Source: Acidobacteriota bacterium
GTDB lineage: Bacteria; Acidobacteriota; UBA6911; RPQK01; JADFOI01
Length of the DNA stretch: 64,000 nt
Assembly (NCBI GenBank): GCA_963663035.1
Contig: OY760074.1
Span: 2,109,570-2,173,569, forward strand
Direction: 5' to 3'
Below are positions 1 to 8,274 of the stretch, one piece after another. Each line of letters starts with the position of its first letter. The first letter of the stretch is position 1. Below the pieces are notes generated by a model. The model saw nothing but the letters and a program-made list of their open reading frames with translations, made no database searches and was not told where the DNA came from. The position numbers and the translations under genes are program-made.

Positions 1-1
1 C

Positions 2-511
2 TTTTCCTTCGTCTACAATCGAGAGCAGGTCAAGAAAGTTGTTTCTATCGAGTCCCAACTCTACCAGCGAGGCACAGTTTCTCCCACCTTTCATGGTCGT
101 GATGCGTTTAGTCCGGTGGCCGCATGGCTGGCGCTGGGAACCCCGCTCGAGAAGTTTGGCCAGGAGATCGAAGATTATGCGGGTGCCACTGTTCTGCCTG
201 TTCAGAAAGTGGAAGAAAATCGACTTGAAGGCATGGTCATTCACGTGGACAAATTCGGCAACGTCATCACCAGCATCTCTCGAGACAATGCCTCACAGCT
301 CCTCGGGAATGAGGGCACCCCGAAGTTCTACCTCAATGGCCAGGAGGTGACTCACCACTACAGCTTTTACGCTGAAGCCGCCCCAGGAGAGATCTTCACC
401 CTTATAGGCAGCAGCGGCTATTATGAGATTGCGGCACACAAAGAGAGGGCTGCTGATATCTTGGGCGTGGCGCGCGGGGAAAGGGTTCAATTGGAGCTGG
501 TGACAGACTAA
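2..511 (+). CDS. SAM hydroxide adenosyltransferase / SAM hydrolase family protein (DUF62, PF01887-like); 5' end lies outside the window
   Basis: The frame is open from the window edge. The translation carries SPTFHGRDAFSPVAAW (family hallmark TFHGRD) and then a C-terminal barrel segment VIHVDKFGNVITSI. TAA stop at 509-511. Confidence 0.8.
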   Translation, partial: FSFVYNREQVKKVVSIESQLYQRGTVSPTFHGRDAFSPVAAWLALGTPLEKFGQEIEDYAGATVLPVQKVEENRLEGMVIHVDKFGNVITSISRDNASQLLGNEGTPKFYLNGQEVTHHYSFYAEAAPGEIFTLIGSSGYYEIAAHKERAADILGVARGERVQLELVTD

Positions 512-706
512 CCGCATTTCTCACACCCGCTCTGCTGCAGCGGCGCAATGATCCGACCTGCCTGCGTTGCGCGACCCGCAAGCGGGTACCCCTCGCGCGC
601 CAGTCGGAGCCGCAGGCTAAAGCCTGCGGGCCCGTGGGCTAAAGCCCACGGCTCTGTTTTCCGGCCCTTTCGCCGCTTCGCGACGACCTGGTGTAAGAAA
701 TGCGGG
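512..706. mobile_element. MITE family B, copy 1 (195 bp), flanked by 4-bp CTAA direct repeats (508-511 and 707-710)
   Basis: Terminal inverted repeats CCGCATTTCTCACAC / GTGTAAGAAATGCGGG. Twin 8-bp hairpins at 610-629 and 632-651. A second, inverted copy lies at 45223-45421. No ORF is conserved between copies. Confidence 0.8.
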
Positions 707-1870
707 CTAACCAGCCCGGTACGAGGGTGACACTTCCCGCATCCGCTCCACAATCTTCGGCAAGACACCAACCACATAGTCTATCTCCTGCTCTGTGTTC
801 ATCCGGCTCAAACTGAAACGAATGGCGGACTTGTGTAACTGCGGCTTGCCTCCAAGAGCCGTTAAAACGTGCGAGGGTTCAACGGTGCCTGAGGCGCAGG
901 CGGAACCAGTTGACACCGCCACCCCCTCAAAATCAAGGGAGATGAGCAGGGCCTCCCCTTCAAGGGAACGAAAGCTGATATTGGTCAGGTGTGGGACTCG
1001 TCTGGTTTTCGATCCATTGACCACGGTTCCTGGAATTTGTTCCAGGATGCCCCTCTCCAACCTGTCTCGCAGCGCCCCAATTCTCGTACTGAAGTCCTTC
1101 AGCGCCTCCTTCGCCAGCTCAGCCGTCCGTCCCAGGCCTACGATCCCAGGCACGTTCAAGGTGCCTGCACGCCGGCTGCGCTCGTGGGAGCCTCCATGCA
1201 GCAGTGGGTCTATCGACACCCCACTCCGCACATAGAGTGCACCCACACCTTTAGGGCCGTGGATTTTGTGTGCCGATATGGACAGGAGATCGACACCCAG
1301 TTCCTCCACGTTCACCGGGATCTTTGCCACCGTCTGGACTGCATCGGTGTGAAAGAGAACCTCTCTTTCCCGTGCGATAGCAGCCATCTCTTCGATGGGT
1401 TGAATCACTCCGATCTCGTTGTTGCCGTGCATGATGGAAATCAGTGTGGTCTCATCCTCAATGGCTTCCTTGAACTGATCCAGAGAAATCATGCCCTCCC
1501 GATCCACCGGGAGGCAGCTCACCCGAAAACCTTCCCTTTCCAGTTGCTCACAGGTGTGCAGGACAGCCGAATGCTCAGTGGCAGCCGTGAGAATGTGATT
1601 TCCCCGCGAGCGGTGATGGGTCGCCACTCCCCGAAGCGCCGCATTGTCGGCCTCCGTGCCGCCGCTGGTGAACACAATCTCTCTGGGCCGGGCTCCAATC
1701 AACTCGGCAACTTGACTCCGAGCACTTTCCACCACCGAACTCGCCTTTTGGCCGTAAGAGTGAATCGAGGAGGCGTTTCCAAAATCCTCCAGATAATGAG
1801 GCTTCATCGCCTCAAAAACCAAGGGATCCAGTGGAGTGGTGGCATTGTTGTCCAGATAGACTTGCTGCAT
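707..1870 (-). CDS. cysteine desulfurase (class V aminotransferase, NifS/IscS type)
   Basis: 387 aa. N-terminus VYLDNNATTP, PLP-lysine region SAHKIHGPKGVGALYV, and active-site loop STGSACASG. Confidence 0.9.
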   Translation of the reverse strand: MQQVYLDNNATTPLDPLVFEAMKPHYLEDFGNASSIHSYGQKASSVVESARSQVAELIGARPREIVFTSGGTEADNAALRGVATHHRSRGNHILTAATEHSAVLHTCEQLEREGFRVSCLPVDREGMISLDQFKEAIEDETTLISIMHGNNEIGVIQPIEEMAAIAREREVLFHTDAVQTVAKIPVNVEELGVDLLSISAHKIHGPKGVGALYVRSGVSIDPLLHGGSHERSRRAGTLNVPGIVGLGRTAELAKEALKDFSTRIGALRDRLERGILEQIPGTVVNGSKTRRVPHLTNISFRSLEGEALLISLDFEGVAVSTGSACASGTVEPSHVLTALGGKPQLHKSAIRFSLSRMNTEQEIDYVVGVLPKIVERMREVSPSYRAG

Positions 1871-1919
1871 GTTTGTCCGATCATATCACCCACCAAACTG
1901 AGGCAACAACTGGACAGCC

Positions 1920-1948
1920 TTGACAGCCGAGAAAGCGAATCTTATATA
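1920..1948 (+). promoter_or_regulatory. sigma70-type promoter candidate upstream of the Hsp20 gene
   Basis: TTGACA (1920-1925), a 17-nt spacer, then TATATA (1943-1948). It sits about 140 nt upstream of the ATG at 2088. Confidence 0.5.
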
Positions 1949-2087
1949 AGTAAAAGGCTGGTTGATGGAAGACCTAAGTTACTTAGGCTTAAATACTTAA
2001 GTCCACCAGTCAGGACTGTGAACTGCGCAGAGACACAGAAAGGACGAAACTTTAGCAGGTTATTTAAAACAATGGAGGTAAGGAAGA

Positions 2088-2525
2088 ATGCAATTAGTAA
2101 GATTTAATCCCTTTTGGGGCTCAACAGCAGTGGAGCCGACAATGGATCGACTCTTTGACCGCTTTTTCGAGGATACGGGCACAAAGCTGAACGGTAGGAC
2201 TGGGTCTCCGTCAGTGGATGTTTCTGAGACTGAAAACGAGATCGTGTTCACAGCTGAGTTTCCAGGATTTGAAAAGGAGGAGATTGACATCTCCGTCAAC
2301 GAGGGTCGCTTGAACATCAGTGGCGAGAGACCCTTCACAGAGGAAAAGGAAACCAAGCATCACCGGGTCGAGCGTTGGTATGGAAAATTCAATCGCAGCT
2401 TCCTTTTACCGAAATCCGCAGACCCCGAAACGATCTCGGCTAATCTCAAGAACGGAGTGCTGACCGTCACGATGCCCAAGAAAGAGGAAGCAAAACCGCG
2501 TCAAATTACTGTTTCGGTGAACTAA
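2088..2525 (+). CDS. Hsp20 / alpha-crystallin family small heat-shock protein
   Basis: 145 aa. Alpha-crystallin domain: VDVSETENEIVFTAEFPG, GRLNISGER, and a GVLTVTMPK ending. RBS GGAGG upstream. Confidence 0.9.
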   Translation: MQLVRFNPFWGSTAVEPTMDRLFDRFFEDTGTKLNGRTGSPSVDVSETENEIVFTAEFPGFEKEEIDISVNEGRLNISGERPFTEEKETKHHRVERWYGKFNRSFLLPKSADPETISANLKNGVLTVTMPKKEEAKPRQITVSVN

Positions 2526-2581
2526 TCTCCGTGTGGTTGTCCCCGGGGTACAGCTCCCTTGGGACTGAACAGTCAATCCAG

Positions 2582-2611
2582 GGGTGGGAGCCAATCTCCC
2601 ACCCTTTTTTT
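2582..2611 (+). terminator. rho-independent terminator after the Hsp20 gene
   Basis: Stem GGGTGGGAG / CTCCCACCC with loop CCAAT, followed by T7 (2605-2611). Confidence 0.75.
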
Positions 2612-2634
2612 GTCTCTTCCCTTTTTCGTAAGGC

Positions 2635-3015
2635 CTATTCCAGAGCAATCACATCAATTTCCACAGCGACTCCTTTGGGCAAACGAGCTGCTTGAATGGT
2701 GGTCCGGGCGGGCGGAGCCTTTCCGGTGAAATAGCCCGCATAGACTTCGTTCATGGCCTCGAAATCCTGAAGATCGGCCAAGTACACAGTACACTTGACC
2801 GCTTTGTCCAGGGATGAACCCGCCGCTTCCAGAATGGTCTTGAGATTTTCCAAAGTCTGCCGAACCTGATCCTGGATGGAGTCTCTTACAATTTCTCCAG
2901 TCTGGGGATTCAAAGGGATGTTCCCAGACACGAAGATCAGCCCATTTGCCCGAATCGCGGGCGAGTACGGCCCACCTGGAGGGGCTCCTTTTTCAGCCTC
3001 AATACGTTCTTTCAT
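2635..3015 (-). CDS. ridA: RidA / YjgF / L-PSP family reactive-intermediate deaminase
   Basis: PYSPAIRANGLIFVSGNIPLNP ... PARTTIQAARLPKGVAVEIDVIA. ATG at 3015 is preceded by GGAGG. The track start at 3027 is a TTG. Confidence 0.85.
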   Translation of the reverse strand: MKERIEAEKGAPPGGPYSPAIRANGLIFVSGNIPLNPQTGEIVRDSIQDQVRQTLENLKTILEAAGSSLDKAVKCTVYLADLQDFEAMNEVYAGYFTGKAPPARTTIQAARLPKGVAVEIDVIALE

Positions 3016-3067
3016 CTGGACCTCCAATCCTCTGTCTCCTTCTGCTAGAATACATCCTTCTTGATTG

Positions 3068-3140
<73 letters not shown>

Positions 3141-3160
3141 CCCCTTGTCCGGGGTGCATT

Positions 3161-4417
3161 CCGGACACATAGGTTACAGTTTATTCCGAAGACATAGGTA
3201 ACACCTTTGCACCAAAAGGGTTATTTATAGGTTCAAACCTTCTACTGTCTTCGTCAAAGTAACCGAGGTCGTATTCCATAAACGACACCAGCCAAATTTT
3301 CTCTTTGACCTCTTTGATTCCAACATCTTGACCAGCAAACACCGTGCTGAAGTTGATCTTTTGACTTTTCATACAGATTCTGCCGCAGCTGGTGACGGTC
3401 ACGGTGCGATCGTGCATGGGGTACTCGACGCGCCCGATTCCTCGGTAGGGACAAGATGCGGGAGTATAGACCTCGGACGGAAACTTCATGCCCAGGGCCT
3501 CATGAGGTCTCTCAGTATTGTATTCCGCCTGAAAGGCATTAAACCTCTCTTGCTGCTGAAGAAGGTTGTGGGCAGCGGGAACGACTGTGGCCTTCTTGAG
3601 GGTGAGATGAAGGCGCTCATGCCTTCCGTTCTGCTCGGGATGGCCGGGCTTGATCCTCTCGATTCGGATTCCTAGCCTAAGCCACCAGACGGCCAGTCGA
3701 CTGAGTCCAAACAATCCGTTGGGTGATGCAAAAGGGACTCCGTTGTCCGTGCGGATCGCTTCCGGCAAACCTAACTCTTGAAAGGTTCTCTCGAATACGG
3801 GGAAAGCACCTCTTTCCTTAACACTGTCGAGAGCCTCGATGGCGAGCAGATAACGGCTGGCGTGATCGCTCACGGTGAGAGGATAACAGTACCGTTTGTC
3901 TCCCAGCATGAACTCTCCTTTGAAGTCGGCAGACCAAAGGTCATTGGGATTCTGGCTGCTGGACAATCGAGTCCCCTCTGCCTTGAACCGTCGCCGTTTT
4001 CTACAGTTCACCAGGCCGTTGCGATCCAGAACCGCGTGAACTGTGCTCACCGCAGGCGGCCGTACATTCGGAAACCTACGAATCAGGAGCGCCCGAATCT
4101 TGGGAGCTCCCCAATACGGCTTCTCTCGCTTTAGCCTGACCAGGGTCCGTTCCACCTGTTCGGGCAGTTGGTTTCCGTAACGATGCGGCTTGCGGCTCCG
4201 ATCCACCAGGGCGTAAGCGCCGGTGTTTTGATAGCGGTTCCAAATCTTGTAGCCCGTCTTTCTGGATATCCCAAACTCCTCACACAGACGGCTCATGGAC
4301 TCCCCATCCAACAGCTTCGCTATAAATCTCATTCTCTCGTCCATCACACAGATCTCCTTCCATGGCATCTCTGGGCACCTCCCAGAAGAAGCCTATAAGT
4401 GTTACCCATGTGTCCGG
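3161..4417 (-). mobile_element. IS481-family insertion sequence (about 1.26 kb), 20 nt downstream of tRNA-Phe
   Basis: Imperfect 18-bp terminal inverted repeats, CCGGACACATAGGTTACA (3161-3178) and TGTTACCCATGTGTCCGG (4400-4417). Single rve-type transposase ORF. Confidence 0.75.
3181..4368 (-). CDS. IS481-family transposase (HTH plus integrase-core rve domain)
   Basis: 395 aa. N-terminal HTH FGISRKTGYKIWNRY. Catalytic core WSADFKGEF ... IRTDNGVPF ... HPEQNGRHERLH. Confidence 0.85.
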   Translation of the reverse strand: MPWKEICVMDERMRFIAKLLDGESMSRLCEEFGISRKTGYKIWNRYQNTGAYALVDRSRKPHRYGNQLPEQVERTLVRLKREKPYWGAPKIRALLIRRFPNVRPPAVSTVHAVLDRNGLVNCRKRRRFKAEGTRLSSSQNPNDLWSADFKGEFMLGDKRYCYPLTVSDHASRYLLAIEALDSVKERGAFPVFERTFQELGLPEAIRTDNGVPFASPNGLFGLSRLAVWWLRLGIRIERIKPGHPEQNGRHERLHLTLKKATVVPAAHNLLQQQERFNAFQAEYNTERPHEALGMKFPSEVYTPASCPYRGIGRVEYPMHDRTVTVTSCGRICMKSQKINFSTVFAGQDVGIKEVKEKIWLVSFMEYDLGYFDEDSRRFEPINNPFGAKVLPMSSE

Positions 4418-4543
4418 TATAATTTGTTACCCATCTTTCGGAATGGGCACGGAAGAGAGTCGCTGTACCGTTGTCTCGATCCTTCCCGTCTTGGATACCC
4501 GGAAGGTTGGCCCTGAATAGGGGTTGTGGAAGAATTTTCGGGG

Positions 4544-4858
4544 TTAGAGTATCTCTTGGCCAAGCTTGCCAATGGCTTCTCGAAGTCGATCGACCACTTC
4601 TTGCTTCTTGTCAGTTTTAGAACCATCAATTTCTCGGTCTGAAAAACCAATCTTGGCGAATTGGCGTATTCTTCCGTCCTCCAAGACTAGCTGCCATAGG
4701 TGACCGGCTGGACCGGTATATTGGTTTGAGTCCAGTTCACTGGTGTCAGCGATGTCCCAAATTTCCCATTTGTGAACTCTAATCTCTGAATGGCCCGCCT
4801 CTTTTGCAAGCTGTTCAGCAAGCTCACCAACATATTGCTTACACTCTTCCTTAGCCAT
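4544..4858 (-). CDS. hypothetical small protein (104 aa)
   Basis: ATG at 4858 is preceded by AAAGGAGGA. The longer track ORF (to 4933) has no RBS. No recognisable motif. Confidence 0.6.
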   Translation of the reverse strand: MAKEECKQYVGELAEQLAKEAGHSEIRVHKWEIWDIADTSELDSNQYTGPAGHLWQLVLEDGRIRQFAKIGFSDREIDGSKTDKKQEVVDRLREAIGKLGQEIL

Positions 4859-4940
4859 GCAGCTTCCTCCTTTTGTGAACTGTCTGAGGTGAGAGCAATA
4901 TCCGTTCCAGAGAGTCGAGGGCGAAGGAAGCAAATCTGCT

Positions 4941-4964
4941 CAACCTCCATGGCCATGGAGGTTG
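4941..4964. promoter_or_regulatory. perfect 24-bp palindrome, candidate operator in a divergent intergenic region
   Basis: CAACCTCCATGGCCATGGAGGTTG is its own reverse complement. It lies between the divergent genes 4544-4858 (-) and 5121-5432 (+). Confidence 0.5.
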
Positions 4965-5070
4965 AAGACCAAGCGAGAGGTCGACCTGAGCTGGGAGAAT
5001 TGTGATTCTTTCCAGCCCTGTCAACCAATCCGTCAACGGAGGGTTACAAATCATTGATTCCACAGACTGC

Positions 5071-5098
5071 TTGACAATTAATGCACTGAGCATAAGAT
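5071..5098 (+). promoter_or_regulatory. sigma70-type promoter candidate for the 5121 gene
   Basis: TTGACA (5071-5076), a 16-nt spacer, then TAAGAT (5093-5098). It sits 22 nt before the ATG at 5121. Confidence 0.4.
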
Positions 5099-5120
5099 TT
5101 TGGACCAGGGGGGAGTCTGA

Positions 5121-5432
5121 ATGCTTTATCGAGTACGCGCAGAGATCATCGAAGGGAAAATGTCGGAATTCTTCAACAAGCTGACGGATGGCACCATCGA
5201 GCAGCAAAGGCCTGACGGTCAGGAGATACTGGCCTCGATGCAAAGGGCCAGGCTCACTGCACCGGGTGTGATCGAGTGGTCTGAAACCTGTTACTGTCCA
5301 CAGCCCCTCGCCCACGAGAGCAAAATCGTTTACAACAACTTCCTCTCGGAGATTCGAACAGAAGAAATCTCTTCAGAACCGGAGATCGGAGGCGCATCTT
5401 TCTGGGACTACCTGACAAAGTCGCAGCAATAG
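5121..5432 (+). CDS. hypothetical protein (103 aa)
   Basis: ATG preceded by GGGGGAG. No recognisable motif. The overlapping antisense ORF 4851-5315 is judged spurious. Confidence 0.6.
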   Translation: MLYRVRAEIIEGKMSEFFNKLTDGTIEQQRPDGQEILASMQRARLTAPGVIEWSETCYCPQPLAHESKIVYNNFLSEIRTEEISSEPEIGGASFWDYLTKSQQ

Positions 5433-5579
5433 TTGCTGAGGCAAAATCTGGGTATCGGCAGTTCTAATCTGGCCCTCCAGTCTTTTTTTTTCACTTTTTT
5501 TTCAACATGTGATGGACATCACAAGTTTAGTGTCAGGGCGCGACGTATACTGTTCTCGATCGGTTTGTTACCTCCCTCA

Positions 5580-5626
5580 GGGCCTGTCGGTTGACGTGCC
5601 TCAACCTTCAGGCCCCTACCTTTTTT
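5580..5626 (+). terminator. nested-hairpin terminator candidate
   Basis: Outer stem GGGCCTG/CAGGCCC encloses inner stem GGTTGA/TCAACC. T6 follows at 5621-5626, 5 nt after the stem. Confidence 0.45.
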
Positions 5627-6022
5627 AGCTGCAAAAACCACCTGCAAACTCCTCAAGCTTCCTGCTCTTGAGCGTGAAGGTCTGTTGACACATCGTTTAA
5701 TTCGACTGATTTCCACTTTGCTTTTTCTCTTAATCGGCTGATTCCCTGCCCCATTACCAGGCAACTTCTCCAGGATTGCGGATACCCAACATTCTCGGAA
5801 AGCTAAGCTGCAAGCTACTTTCCCAGTTCTCACCTGGAGTTGCGGGTTGTGACTGGCTGATTTCCCTATTGAGGTCAGAGCTTGTACCCTGGCGATGAGT
5901 CGTGATATTAAAACTTATCCTGTTTAAGCACGAACAGGCTATTTCCCTTGCAGTAAGGCACGGTATTGTTGCCTTCCTTGCAATGAACCGATTTTTTGAG
6001 TGTGGTCCATAGAGGAAGCGTA

Positions 6023-6463
6023 GTGAGAAGCGAAAAGGGATTTTCGTTAACTGAACTTCTGATCAGTGTGGCTGTGATCAGTGTTATTTCAGCCATTGTG
6101 GTCCCCACTTTTCTTCAATCTAGGATTGCGGTTAATGAAGTGACGGCCATTAAAGTGGTGGGCGACGTGCTTTCCTCTCAAATGACTTACGCATCGACAA
6201 GGGGCATGGGAAGCTACAGCCCAGACCTGAGTGCCTTAGAGGAGGCTGGATTGATCGATGGCGTGCTCGAGGAGGGAACAGCCTTGGGTTATACGTTCTC
6301 CGTCTCTGGCAATCACTCTACATTCAGCATCCATGCCCGCCCCCTCGTCTTCGGCTCTTCGGGTACTCGCAGCTTCTACTGCGATCAGACAGGCATAATT
6401 CGCTATACGACGGACGACGCTCCGGCGACCTCGACCAGTCCACCTTTGGGCCAGGAAGGCTAG
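6023..6463 (+). CDS. type IV pilin-like protein (prepilin-type N-terminal cleavage/methylation domain)
   Basis: Short leader MRSEKG, then FSLTELLISVAVISVISAIVVP (the G|FxxxE signature). GTG at 6023 is preceded by GAGGAA. The track ORF starts at a TTG at 5996. Confidence 0.8.
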   Translation: MRSEKGFSLTELLISVAVISVISAIVVPTFLQSRIAVNEVTAIKVVGDVLSSQMTYASTRGMGSYSPDLSALEEAGLIDGVLEEGTALGYTFSVSGNHSTFSIHARPLVFGSSGTRSFYCDQTGIIRYTTDDAPATSTSPPLGQEG

Positions 6464-6466
6464 AAC

Positions 6467-7042
6467 CTACCGCTTTCCCCCTCTTCTCAGGAACTCTGTT
6501 AGCTTTGGCTCCAGTATCCGTGAAAACAGTCTTGGAAGTGAGATATCTACGATACTGGGCCAATTGGACTGCACGAGCCCAAGTCTCTCCAAGTTCCTGG
6601 CGTTCCCCTTTTCAAGCGAAATGTCCTTTACGACGGTGAGCCATAGAAGAGGAGCACTTTGGACATAATCGGCAGGACGTTGCCGAAAAAGCCTCTCAAT
6701 CAACCCCAGGGTTGTTATGATTTCCTTCAGGGAGATCTTGAGGTCCAAGACGGTGAGTTCCAGGATGTGAGCACTTTCTCCGTCAATATAAGGCCGACCC
6801 TGGAAACTCTCTGGTTCGAGTACTTCCACCAATGTCAAATACGATTGTGTTGCCTGTTTCAAATAGCCAGCGATCCGAATTTCCTCCTCGGAAGTAAACG
6901 GCCCCCAACCATCCGTCAGGATCATCAACGTGGATCGGTTTCTCTGTGAGTTCGATTGGGCAGCCGCCTCCACTAACCCAGCGGAAGCGAATATCAACAG
7001 AAGAGAATAGAGGAACACGAGGAAGAACTTTTCCTTAGCCAT
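6467..7042 (-). CDS. secreted hypothetical protein
   Basis: 191 aa with N-terminal signal peptide MAKEKFFLVFLYSLLLIFASAGLVEA. Convergent with the pilin-like gene, 3-nt gap. Confidence 0.65.
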   Translation of the reverse strand: MAKEKFFLVFLYSLLLIFASAGLVEAAAQSNSQRNRSTLMILTDGWGPFTSEEEIRIAGYLKQATQSYLTLVEVLEPESFQGRPYIDGESAHILELTVLDLKISLKEIITTLGLIERLFRQRPADYVQSAPLLWLTVVKDISLEKGNARNLERLGLVQSNWPSIVDISLPRLFSRILEPKLTEFLRRGGKR

Positions 7043-7314
7043 TTCTCCTCATTTTACTTGATCGCTCCGCCCCTGCTCAACTGGTCGGCTCGAAAGTGCC
7101 GGAGTATCTCCTGCTGTGGGGTTCAAGCAGGAGTGGGCAGTTTCTTCAGCTTCTGTGACAGTCGTCACCGCCGAAATTTCTCGCACTCAATAGGATGATC
7201 ATATCGCAGATCCCTCTCAGGTATTGCGGCGAAACCTTTCCTTAGCAGAGGAAAGTGACAACGGAGGATACCAGATAAAATGAATCGGACCTTGCCTTTC
7301 AGGTGCAAGGGCAA

Positions 7315-8118
7315 ATGAGTCACCAGGACACAATACGCCTTCATCAGAACCTGCAGACCGGAGCTGCCATATCCATTCAAGGCAGCTCCAAGGAAGAGCT
7401 GGCAGCATCTGTGGCAACAAACTGCTCCGATGAAATTTGGCTGGAGCTTTCCAGACCAGCCTCACAACCCCCGTTTCAGGAAGAAGAACGAGTTCTCATC
7501 AAGTACTGGGATGAAGGAGCTATCGTCTATTGCTGGGAGGCTAACGTTATCAAGATCGCCGGGCCCACCTATCAGCACGTTGCCATCGCGATCCGCGGGC
7601 ATGGAATAACGGTTCAACAGAGGCGAGCCTACCGGGTGGAGTCGGCAATTCCCTTCTCCTTCAGTGTGATTGACGCTTCCGAACCTGCGCTGATCGGGGA
7701 AAAGATTCTCAGGGCCAAGACCCAGAATATCAGTGTGGCTGGCATGAGATTTGAAACAAGCCTTGGGTTGAAGGCCGGTGACAAACTGGAAATGAATTTT
7801 CGTTTGCCTGCCTCTAAAAAAGTGAACGCCGTGGGATGGGTTGTTCGAACTGAAGCGGTGGGGCAAAATGGAAACTCTCTCAATTCAGTCGCTTTGAAGT
7901 TCCTTCAGGTCAACGAGGAGAACCAGATGCAGCTGCTGGATTTCTTGGCTCAGGCCTATGAGCAAGCAACCGCTAGGCCAGCTGGGAAAAGTACATCTGC
8001 CAAGCCACAAAGCTCCGTCTCTCAGCCCGTTCGCACCCAGAATCTGTCTTCTGCCACGCCGGGTCAGAGAGTGAATCAACAAAGTCGTCAGAAAAGCTCG
8101 ACATTCCAGTCCTCCTAA
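7315..8118 (+). CDS. PilZ-domain c-di-GMP receptor-like protein (paralog 1 of 3)
   Basis: RxxxR motif (RRAYR) and N-x-S-x-x-G motif (NISVAG). The N-terminal domain carries KYWDEG. The start is set by alignment with the paralog at 29151 (MSHQ.. versus MSEK..). Confidence 0.8.
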   Translation: MSHQDTIRLHQNLQTGAAISIQGSSKEELAASVATNCSDEIWLELSRPASQPPFQEEERVLIKYWDEGAIVYCWEANVIKIAGPTYQHVAIAIRGHGITVQQRRAYRVESAIPFSFSVIDASEPALIGEKILRAKTQNISVAGMRFETSLGLKAGDKLEMNFRLPASKKVNAVGWVVRTEAVGQNGNSLNSVALKFLQVNEENQMQLLDFLAQAYEQATARPAGKSTSAKPQSSVSQPVRTQNLSSATPGQRVNQQSRQKSSTFQSS

Positions 8119-8128
8119 TTGCCCCTAG

Positions 8129-8274
8129 CCCGCATTATACATAGGTTTTCGTAGCGAAGTGGCGCAAGCGCCGCGATGACAAGGCGGGTGAAGGGGTACC
8201 CGCTTGCGGGTCGCACAACGCCGTCAGCGCGGATGATTGCGACGCTGTAGTAGAAAATTTATGCATAATGCGGG
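8129..8274. mobile_element. MITE family A, copy 1 (146 bp)
   Basis: Ends CCCGCATTATACATAGG / TTTATGCATAATGCGGG, flanked by CTAG and CTTA. Core GGGGTACCCGCTTGCGGGTCGCACAACGC is shared with the other copies. Confidence 0.8.

Noticed and set aside
1949-2087. CIRCE or HAIR heat-shock operator upstream of the Hsp20 gene
   Set aside because: There is no TTAGCACTC-N9-GAGTGCTAA-like sequence. Only a short palindromic ACTTAAGT near 2003 is present, which is too short to interpret.
989-2107. 372-aa plus-strand ORF
   Set aside because: It is antisense to the clearly recognisable cysteine desulfurase gene and has no motifs. It is a typical shadow ORF. The same reasoning applies to 22247-23026, 38764-39474, 43377-44069, 33310-34654, 56480-57082 and 26376-26909.
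4851-5315. 154-aa minus-strand ORF spanning the orphan-gene spacer
   Set aside because: It overlaps both better-supported small genes and the palindrome/promoter region. It has no RBS and no motifs.
5958-5976. Possible sigma54 promoter (GGCACG...TTGC) upstream of the pilin gene
   Set aside because: The GG and GC elements are separated by 12 nt rather than the strictly conserved 10 nt, so this does not fit the -24/-12 geometry.
5433-5995. Long non-coding stretch as tmRNA, RNase P RNA, 6S or SRP RNA
   Set aside because: None of the signature motifs I know is visible: a tRNA-like T-loop/acceptor end, the GAGGAAAGUCC box, or the SRP GNAR tetraloop helix. A covariance-model scan would be needed to be sure.
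3141-7300. Integrated genomic island or prophage at tRNA-Phe
   Set aside because: There is no tyrosine or serine recombinase and no phage genes. I could not find a repeat of the tRNA 3' end by eye. Only an IS481 element is demonstrably mobile.
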